Below are positions 1 to 7,009 of a DNA stretch of 34,086 nucleotides, in pieces; position 1 is the stretch's first letter, and the number at the start of each line of letters is the position of its first letter. This DNA is from an uncultured bacterium (GTDB lineage Bacteria > UBP4 > UBA4092). Below the pieces are notes generated by a model that worked only from the letters and a program-made list of their open reading frames with translations, had not been told where the DNA came from and made no database searches. The stretch covers positions 1-34,086 of the forward strand of contig CAZXWN010000020.1 in NCBI GenBank assembly GCA_964644695.1. Direction: 5' to 3'. A program made the translations under genes and the position numbers.

Positions 1-2225
1 GTGTTGGTGATGGAAAAGGAACTGAGACTAGAGGTGGAGTAACCAGCGGTCAATATAAGATGTATGAAGCCTCTCCCTACTGGGCCCAATACATGAAAGC
101 CCCGGCTTCTGTGTATAACTACTCTTCTGATAATGATGCTTCGGATGATGTGGGCTGCCGACCCTTATATGCTGAATGGGAAAATGAAAGTTGGGAGGAC
201 CCTGTATTTATCTCCTGGCACTCAAATGCGGCGGGAAGTGGTGCCACTGGAACGGAAACATACATCTGGAGCACTACCTATGCTTTTGGGCAGACGGCCT
301 CGTCTGATGGACCCGCTCCAACGGGTTCCTACAACCTGATGAATTATGTTCATACAAATGTGATCAATGACATTCGGAATGGGTATGATTCTTCATGGAC
401 CAACCGAGGTAAATTTCGGAATAATTACGGGGAATTACGACAGGTAACCAGTTTTCCTGCAATGCTGATTGAAATGGCTTTCCATGATAACGGAACCAAG
501 GATGCTCTTTATATGCAGGATCCTAAATTCCGTCAGATATTGGCCAGAGCCGTGTATAAAGGCATTGTCCAATATTATGCAAACAAAGGTGGGTTTACAG
601 CTGTTTACTTACCCGAACCGCCGACTAAACTCCGCGTTGTAAATACGGGAACGGGTAGTGTGACCCTGAGTTGGGCTGCCGGTGCCAGTGGCGGGATTTA
701 CGGTGGCGCTCCGACGGGATACCGGATTTACAAGGGAACCAATGGATATGGATTTGATAATGGAATTGCTGTCACGGGAACTTCCTATACGATGAGTGGG
801 TTGTCCGTTGATTCTGTATATTATTTCCGGATGACTGCCACCAACACGGGTGGTGAAAGTTTCCCCACCGCAACTCTGGCAGTCAGAGTTAAAAACGATG
901 GAACAGCTAATATCCTGGTGGTAAATGGATTTGATCGGGAAGACCGGTCCATCGTTCCGAATATTGTTTCTACCAGTTCTTATGATGGAAGTTCAAATGG
1001 TACCCCCAAGAACCCCATCCCCGACAAGACCAATGCATTCAACTATGTGGTCCAACATGCTCAGGCTATTTCTGCGGCAGTATCCGGTACAGGTACGAAG
1101 TATTACTTTGACTCTGTTGACCGGACGGCTGTAGAAGATGGCTCGATTAATCTTTCAAATTACTCACTCGTTATCTGGGCGGCAGGTAAGCAAGCCAAAG
1201 TAACCAGCAATGGACAGACTTCCAAAGAAGCTCTGACTGCGAATGAGCGGAGCCGAATTACTTCTTACCTAAGCGGTTCAAATAAAGGTTTCATGATTTC
1301 GGGTGCTGAAGTGGCTTATTGTCTTCACAGCCAGAGTAATGGAACCTTCCTCAATGGGACATTACATACCAATATCGAAGCAGATGATGCGAATTCCTAT
1401 ACTGTCACAGGTAAGACTGGAACGCTGTTTGATGGCTTAAGCTTTAACTTTGATAATGGGTCGGGAAATACTTACAATGTGTCCTATCCTGATTTAATCA
1501 GCCCTAATAGCAGCAATCAGGTGATGGATTATGATGTTGGCGGTGTTCAATTAGAAGCCTTCGACAGCCTTAACAATTGGAAGGATCCTAACTATTCGGG
1601 CTCATCAAATGCCGATGCGGCCAGTACGATTGATATAGTAACCAATCCTGCATATGAGGGCGCGGGCGCTGCTGATTTATACTATGTCTGGGGAACAGGT
1701 AATTTCATTCGTGAATACCAAACCAACAGTGCTTATAAAATCCCTGTTGCGGCCTCGGTCAGTATGTGGGTCTATGGTGACAATTCCAATAACAGCCTTC
1801 GGTTATGTGTCAAAGATACCACGGACACAGAACTATTTGTAAGTCCATATACGGTCGTGAATTTCACTGGCTGGCAGAAACTGACTTGGAACAACATCTC
1901 CAGCTGGACTCGGTGGTCAGGCTCTGGAAGTAATACCGTAGGTGATCCTGCTCCGTGGTTGGACAGTATCCAAATCAGTAAAACGGGAACCAGTGCCTCA
2001 GGTCATATCTATTTTGATGACATCACCTATTCAACAGGAGCGGCCTCGCTGACGGGTGCGGCGACTCTGTATAATGGGTCCTACAAACTGCTTTTCTTGG
2101 GATTCCCCTTTGAAACCATTACCTCTGAATCCAGTAGAAACAGTGTCATGCAGTCCGTTCTTCGTTACATGATATCGGGTACTACGGATGTCAGTGATTG
2201 GAAATATTTGAACTTGTTTGAATAA
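1..2225 (+). CDS. 5'-truncated multidomain N-acetylmuramoyl-L-alanine amidase-like protein (Amidase_3 C-half, FN3, alpha/beta domain with CBM-like insert); paralogue of 2444..5869
   Basis: The frame is open from base 3 (VGDGKGTETRGGVTSGQYK-MYEAS), matching an internal segment of the downstream paralogue, so ATG 60 is internal. Amidase motifs SWHSNA and IEMAFH. FN3 signature PEPPTKLRV..LSW..YRIY..YYFRMTATN. Confidence 0.85.
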   Translation, partial: VGDGKGTETRGGVTSGQYKMYEASPYWAQYMKAPASVYNYSSDNDASDDVGCRPLYAEWENESWEDPVFISWHSNAAGSGATGTETYIWSTTYAFGQTASSDGPAPTGSYNLMNYVHTNVINDIRNGYDSSWTNRGKFRNNYGELRQVTSFPAMLIEMAFHDNGTKDALYMQDPKFRQILARAVYKGIVQYYANKGGFTAVYLPEPPTKLRVVNTGTGSVTLSWAAGASGGIYGGAPTGYRIYKGTNGYGFDNGIAVTGTSYTMSGLSVDSVYYFRMTATNTGGESFPTATLAVRVKNDGTANILVVNGFDREDRSIVPNIVSTSSYDGSSNGTPKNPIPDKTNAFNYVVQHAQAISAAVSGTGTKYYFDSVDRTAVEDGSINLSNYSLVIWAAGKQAKVTSNGQTSKEALTANERSRITSYLSGSNKGFMISGAEVAYCLHSQSNGTFLNGTLHTNIEADDANSYTVTGKTGTLFDGLSFNFDNGSGNTYNVSYPDLISPNSSNQVMDYDVGGVQLEAFDSLNNWKDPNYSGSSNADAASTIDIVTNPAYEGAGAADLYYVWGTGNFIREYQTNSAYKIPVAASVSMWVYGDNSNNSLRLCVKDTTDTELFVSPYTVVNFTGWQKLTWNNISSWTRWSGSGSNTVGDPAPWLDSIQISKTGTSASGHIYFDDITYSTGAASLTGAATLYNGSYKLLFLGFPFETITSESSRNSVMQSVLRYMISGTTDVSDWKYLNLFE

Positions 2226-2240
2226 CGAATAGTTGTTATC

Positions 2241-2282
2241 AGCCTGCCGGTAAGATGATTTACCGGCAGGCTTTTTATTTTT
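2241..2282 (+). terminator. Rho-independent terminator
   Basis: AGCCTGCCGGTAA-gatgat-TTACCGGCAGGCT stem followed by TTTTATTTTT, 15 nt after the stop codon. Confidence 0.9.
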
Positions 2283-2339
2283 AATCAAAATCCGGTGGTA
2301 TTTTTCAATAAGAGATGATGTTGCAAAACTCTGAATAAC

Positions 2340-2368
2340 TTGCCAAATCACGAAACTTATTGTATAAA
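2340..2368 (+). promoter_or_regulatory. Putative sigma70-type promoter
   Basis: TTGCCA-17 bp-TATAAA upstream of ATG 2444, with a GAGGGG Shine-Dalgarno-like sequence before the ATG. Confidence 0.45.
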
Positions 2369-2443
2369 TATCCAAGTAAAAATGAGGATGTAACTGGATA
2401 TCCTCAGGGATGATTTATAAAACAAATAGTTGAGGGGTATGAA

Positions 2444-5400
2444 ATGCGTTTATTTTATCGGTATTTAATGGTGTGTAGTTTACTGATGACCGCAGTGTTG
2501 GCCCATGGTGTTACTTATGTTGTTGGAGGAAAGGGATATACACTGGAACGGAGCCAGCCGGCTTCGGCCCAAACAGAAGCTGATAAGGGTCTCTGGGTCA
2601 TTACAGAATTTTTGAAGGGGCCATCCGCTGAGGAAAAGGCGGCGGGCATCCAATCAGCAGTTCCTTCCGATATCCAAATCATCAAATCAGCGGTCAAGGG
2701 CGATGTATTGACTGTATATGTGAAAATGCCGGCTGATTATCTATCCAGTTTGAATGTTATCCAAACAGACGAGTTTTATGACAGTCTCGGAAAGTCATTA
2801 TTTGGGATCGTGACCAGTTATCAAGTAAGTGTTTTAGTATGGGATTCTGCAACGGGAACCTATAAGAAACTGACCGACTTCCTTCCACCTCTCCCCACGG
2901 TTGAACCCAAAGGAACTCAAAATGAAATCATCCCTGAACCCGTTGCTCCCGGAAAAGAGACCTATGGTCAATCCATCACTGATGTGGCACAGGCTGAATC
3001 CATTGCTTATTATGGACAAGGGCAGCCGACGGGACAGTTAGGTGGAAAGTCCATTTTTATCAGTCCTGGTCATGGTTGGTATTATGCCAGTGGGTCAGGG
3101 ACTTCATCCGTCTGGAACACTCAGCGCGGAAACAATTATGACATTGTGGAAGACCTTTCCAATGCGGAACATGTGAATTACTACTTGCTTCAATATTTAT
3201 GGAATGCGGGTGCAAACACCTATTCCTGCCGCGCCAGGAGTCATACAGATGACAGATACCAAGTGGATAACACAGATTCCGGGTATTCAGATAATGGGGG
3301 ATGGACTGACAGTGTATCCACCTCGCCTTATATTGGGACAAACTACCGGGTGATTCCTGCTGCCACCGTTTCTACTGCAACAGCGACCTGGCGACCAACA
3401 ATCACTAAATCGGACTACTATCCAGTCTATGTGTTTTATACCGGAGGAACGAATCGGGCAACAGCGGTAACTTATTATGTCGTTCATTCGGGTGGAACCA
3501 CCCAGTTTACACTCAATCAACAGAGAGATGGATATACCTGGAAATATATCGGGACCTACCACTTTAATGCCGGGACTCAAGGGTGTGTGTATGTGACAAA
3601 TCAGACTCCCAGCCCGACTGGAATGTATGTCATCGTGGATGCTATCTGTGTTGGTGATGGAAAAGGAACTGAAACCCGAGGTGGAGTAACCAGCGGTCAA
3701 TACAAGATGTATGAAGCCTCTCCCTACTGGGCTCAATACATGAAAGCCCCATCAACTATCTATGACAATTCAACAGACCCTGATAATACGGATGATATTG
3801 GATGCCGGCCTCTTTACTGTAACTGGGAGAAGGAATCCTGGGAAGACCCGGTATTTATTTCCTGGCATTCAAATGCGGCAGGCGGCGGAGCAACAGGAAC
3901 GGAAGCCTATATTTGGAGTGACACCTGGGCCTTTGGACAAACGGCAACCTCCGATGGTGTGGCTCCCACAGGTTCATACAACCTGATGAATTATGTCTAT
4001 ACAAATGTGATTAATGACATTCGGAATGGGTATGATTCTTCATGGACCAGCCGGGGCAAATTTAGGAATAATTATGGGGAACTCCGACCTATCACCGATT
4101 ACCCTGCCTTGATTATTGAAATGGCCTTCCATGATAACGGGACCAAGGATGCTCTTTATATGCAGGATCCTAAATTCCGTCAGATATTGGCCCGTTCCGT
4201 ATATAAGGGAATTGTCCAATACTATGCAAACAAAGGTGGGTTTACGGCTGTTTACTTACCCGAACCGCCGACTAAACTCCGTGTTGTGAATACGGGGACG
4301 GGTAGTGTGACCCTGAGTTGGGCTGCCGGTGCCAGTGGCGGCATCTACGGTGGCGCTCCGACGGGATACCGGATTTACAAGGGAACCAATGGATATGGAT
4401 TTGATAATGGAATTGCTGTCACGGGAACTTCCTATACGATGAGTGGGTTGTCCGTTGATTCTGTATATTATTTCCGGATGACTGCCACCAACACGGGTGG
4501 TGAAAGTTTCCCCACTGCGACCCTTGCCGTAAAAATTCGTAATAATGGAACCGCCAATATTCTTATCGTGAATGGTTTTGACCGGGAAGACCGGTCGATC
4601 GTTCCCAATATTACTTCTACCAGTTCTTATGATGGAAGTTCAAATGGTACCCCCAAGAATCCTATTCCGGACAAGACCAATGCGTTCAATTATGTTGTTC
4701 AGCATGCCAAAGCTATTGCTTCTGCTTCCTCTGGTGAGGGGCTGAAATATTATTTCGATTCAGCAGATAGAACTGCGGTAGAAGATGGCTCGATTACCCT
4801 TTCAAACTATACTGTCGTTATCTGGGCGGCAGGTAAACAGGCCAAAGTAACCAGCAATAGCCAGACTTCCAAGGAAGCTCTGACTGCGAATGAGCGAAGT
4901 CGAATCACCACTTTTTTAAGTGGCGCTGGAAAAGGTCTTGTGATTTCGGGTGCTGAAGTGGCTTATTGTCTTCACAGCCAGGGTAATGGAACCTTTCTCA
5001 ATGGGACATTGCATGCGAATATCGAGGCTGATGATGCCGGCTCATATACGGTAGTCGGGAAAAGCGGTTCAGTATTTGACGGAATTAGCTTCAATATTGA
5101 TAATGGGTCGGGGAGTACTTACGATGTGCCCTATCCTGATTTAATCAGCCCTAATAGCAGTACTCAGGTGATGGATTATGACATTGGTGGGACTCAGTTG
5201 GAGACCTTCGATAGTCTCAACAGTTGGAAGGATCCTAACTATTCGGGTTCATCGAATGCCGATGCCGCCAGCACCATTGGAATAGTATCCAGTCCTCTGC
5301 ATCAGGGGTCGGGTGCCGCCGATTTATACTATGTCTGGGGGACAGGGAATTTCATCCGTGAATACCAGTCCAACAGTGCTTATAAAATCCCTGTTGCCGC

Positions 5401-5869
5401 CACAATCAGTATGTGGGTCTATGGTGATAACTCCAATAACAGTCTTCGATTATGTGTCAGAGATACAACGGATTCCGAACTATTTGTAAGTCCATATACA
5501 GTCGTGAATTTTAGCGGGTGGCAGAAACTGACCTGGAGCGATATGACGGGTTGGAGCCGATGGTCTGGGTCGGCTAGTAGTACGATAGGTGATCCTGCTC
5601 CGTGGCTGGACAGCATCCAAATCAGTAAAACGGGAACCAATGCCTCAGGTCATATCTATTTCGACGATATCACCTATTCAACAGGAGCGGCCTCGCTGAC
5701 GGGTGCGGCGACTCTGTATAATGGGTCCTACAAACTGCTTTTCTTGGGATTCCCCTTTGAAACCATTACCTCTGAGTCCAGCAGAAACAGTGTCATGCAA
5801 TCGGTATTACGGCTTATGATACCCGAATCTGCTGTTCCGGTGGAGTTATCGGGGTTTGATACGGAATAG
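2444..5869 (+). CDS. Secreted multidomain amidase-like protein: signal peptide, N-terminal domain, split Amidase_3 with golvesin/Xly-CBD-like insert, FN3, alpha/beta domain with CBM-like insert
   Basis: Signal peptide MRLFYRYLMVCSLLMTAVLAHG. Zn-amidase residues IFISPGHG, IVEDL, SWHSNA, IEMAFH. Golvesin-like segment ATWRP..YPVYV..NRAT..H..G..NQQ..W.YIGTY.F..VDAI. FN3 domain. CBM-like segment MWVYGD..VNFSGWQKL..GHIYFDDI. Confidence 0.85.
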   Translation: MRLFYRYLMVCSLLMTAVLAHGVTYVVGGKGYTLERSQPASAQTEADKGLWVITEFLKGPSAEEKAAGIQSAVPSDIQIIKSAVKGDVLTVYVKMPADYLSSLNVIQTDEFYDSLGKSLFGIVTSYQVSVLVWDSATGTYKKLTDFLPPLPTVEPKGTQNEIIPEPVAPGKETYGQSITDVAQAESIAYYGQGQPTGQLGGKSIFISPGHGWYYASGSGTSSVWNTQRGNNYDIVEDLSNAEHVNYYLLQYLWNAGANTYSCRARSHTDDRYQVDNTDSGYSDNGGWTDSVSTSPYIGTNYRVIPAATVSTATATWRPTITKSDYYPVYVFYTGGTNRATAVTYYVVHSGGTTQFTLNQQRDGYTWKYIGTYHFNAGTQGCVYVTNQTPSPTGMYVIVDAICVGDGKGTETRGGVTSGQYKMYEASPYWAQYMKAPSTIYDNSTDPDNTDDIGCRPLYCNWEKESWEDPVFISWHSNAAGGGATGTEAYIWSDTWAFGQTATSDGVAPTGSYNLMNYVYTNVINDIRNGYDSSWTSRGKFRNNYGELRPITDYPALIIEMAFHDNGTKDALYMQDPKFRQILARSVYKGIVQYYANKGGFTAVYLPEPPTKLRVVNTGTGSVTLSWAAGASGGIYGGAPTGYRIYKGTNGYGFDNGIAVTGTSYTMSGLSVDSVYYFRMTATNTGGESFPTATLAVKIRNNGTANILIVNGFDREDRSIVPNITSTSSYDGSSNGTPKNPIPDKTNAFNYVVQHAKAIASASSGEGLKYYFDSADRTAVEDGSITLSNYTVVIWAAGKQAKVTSNSQTSKEALTANERSRITTFLSGAGKGLVISGAEVAYCLHSQGNGTFLNGTLHANIEADDAGSYTVVGKSGSVFDGISFNIDNGSGSTYDVPYPDLISPNSSTQVMDYDIGGTQLETFDSLNSWKDPNYSGSSNADAASTIGIVSSPLHQGSGAADLYYVWGTGNFIREYQSNSAYKIPVAATISMWVYGDNSNNSLRLCVRDTTDSELFVSPYTVVNFSGWQKLTWSDMTGWSRWSGSASSTIGDPAPWLDSIQISKTGTNASGHIYFDDITYSTGAASLTGAATLYNGSYKLLFLGFPFETITSESSRNSVMQSVLRLMIPESAVPVELSGFDTE

Positions 5870-5898
5870 ATAGATATCCTTCATTAGATTTATTCTTC

Positions 5899-5936
5899 AG
5901 CCTGCCTGGATAACCATCATCCTGGCAGGCTTTTTA
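5899..5936 (+). terminator. Rho-independent terminator related to the one at 2241
   Basis: AGCCTGCC..GGCAGGCT stem plus T-run; the outer stem is the same as at 2241. Confidence 0.85.
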
Positions 5937-5960
5937 TGACTTATTGGGATTTACCTTCTG

Positions 5961-6009
5961 ACGACTCATCCACGGACCAGCTCGGACCAAGTCCGTGGTT
6001 TCTTCGTTC
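5961..6009. repeat. Palindromic intergenic repeat, copy A (REP-like)
   Basis: ACGACTCATCCACGGACCAGCTCGGACCAAGTCCGTGGTTTCTTCGTTC; aligns with 20054..20104 and 33101..33152 as reverse complement. Confidence 0.8.
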
Positions 6010-6090
6010 TGACTGACGAAGCAGAAACGAACCGGGTCGATCTAAAACCACAGTTTTAATATGTAATCATTCACCCTATTCCCCTGGTTG

Positions 6091-6117
6091 GTCATTCCTG
6101 CGGAAGCAGGAATCCAG
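6091..6117 (+). repeat. dRS3/RPE-like short palindrome
   Basis: GTCATTCCTGCGGAAGCAGGAATCCAG, a hairpin ATTCCTGC-GGAA-GCAGGAAT resembling the widespread GTCATTCCCGCGNANGCGGGAATCCA repeat. Confidence 0.6.
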
Positions 6118-6298
6118 TACCGTATCTTTATTCTGAGTCATAACAGGGGTGTTACATCGGTTCCCAACCGGTGGACACCCCTGATTGTTTTTATATGGGA
6201 GGATACTCTCATCACTGGTAAAAGTGCCAGGATGTTCTTTGACAATTAAATTACAGAGTAATGGATGCGTATTTTGTTTGAGTATAGAAGCGGTCAGA

Positions 6299-7009
6299 TT
6301 AATTGAAGAACCGATACCAAATCAAAATCGCCAGGGCATTGATACCATCATACCAATGTATTTTCTTGCCCTCATCAAATTCTCGTCCGGCATAGGAAAT
6401 GGGGACTTCGTAAATACGAATCCCCTGTTTGAGAATCTTGGAAGTGACTTCCGGTTCAAATCCAAACCGGTCACACCGAAGTTTCATTCCCTTGAGGAGG
6501 TCTGCCTTAATGATTTTGTAACACGTTTCCATATCCGAGAGAGTTGAGTTATAGAGGATATTGGTTATGAGGGTCAGGAACCTGTTTCCTATCCAGTGAT
6601 AGAACAACATGTTTCGGTGTTCACCCGTGAATCGGGAACCATACACAACTGTGGCCCATCCTTTTTGAATGGGTCGAAGCAGTTTCAGGTAGTCTTCCGG
6701 GTCATACTCCAAATCAGCATCCTGAATGAGAATATATTCACCCGTTGCCGCCTGTATTCCGGTTCGGATAGCAGCGCCCTTACCCTTATTCACCTCATGG
6801 TAAAGGATCTGGTCCACCTCTCCGGATAAAGTTTTAAGAATATCCCGAGTTCCATCGGTGGAACCGTCATCGACGATGACAATTTCCTTATCCAGAGGAA
6901 CGGCTTTTACCAGTTCAATGATTTGACGGAGGGTTTTCTCCTCGTTGTACACCGGAACGATCACGGTGATCCGTGGGACCGGCAGGTTGGACTTCATAGT
7001 GCTCGACAA
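6299..7009 (-). CDS. GT2 glycosyltransferase, DPM/DPG-synthase-like
   Basis: VIVPVYNE, VDDGSTDGT, NKGKGAA, IQDADLEYDP, DMETCYK, FGFEPEVT. The start may be ATG 6997. Confidence 0.92.
   Translation of the reverse strand: MSSTMKSNLPVPRITVIVPVYNEEKTLRQIIELVKAVPLDKEIVIVDDGSTDGTRDILKTLSGEVDQILYHEVNKGKGAAIRTGIQAATGEYILIQDADLEYDPEDYLKLLRPIQKGWATVVYGSRFTGEHRNMLFYHWIGNRFLTLITNILYNSTLSDMETCYKIIKADLLKGMKLRCDRFGFEPEVTSKILKQGIRIYEVPISYAGREFDEGKKIHWYDGINALAILIWYRFFN

Noticed and set aside
60-62. ATG 60 as the start of a 721-aa protein
   Set aside because: Bases 3..59 encode VGDGKGTETRGGVTSGQYK in frame, the same as the paralogue's internal sequence, so the gene starts left of the window.
2383-2406. TGAGGAT..ATCCTCA inverted repeat in the 5' leader as a riboswitch or operator
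   Set aside because: A short single stem with no recognisable aptamer motif and no second copy, too weak to call.
1-5869. Diversity-generating retroelement TR/VR pair
   Set aside because: No reverse transcriptase in the window, both copies are long intact genes, and the mismatches involve all bases rather than only adenines.
6185-6829. Plus-strand ORFs of 120 and 77 aa
   Set aside because: Antisense shadows of the well-supported GT2 gene, with no motifs.
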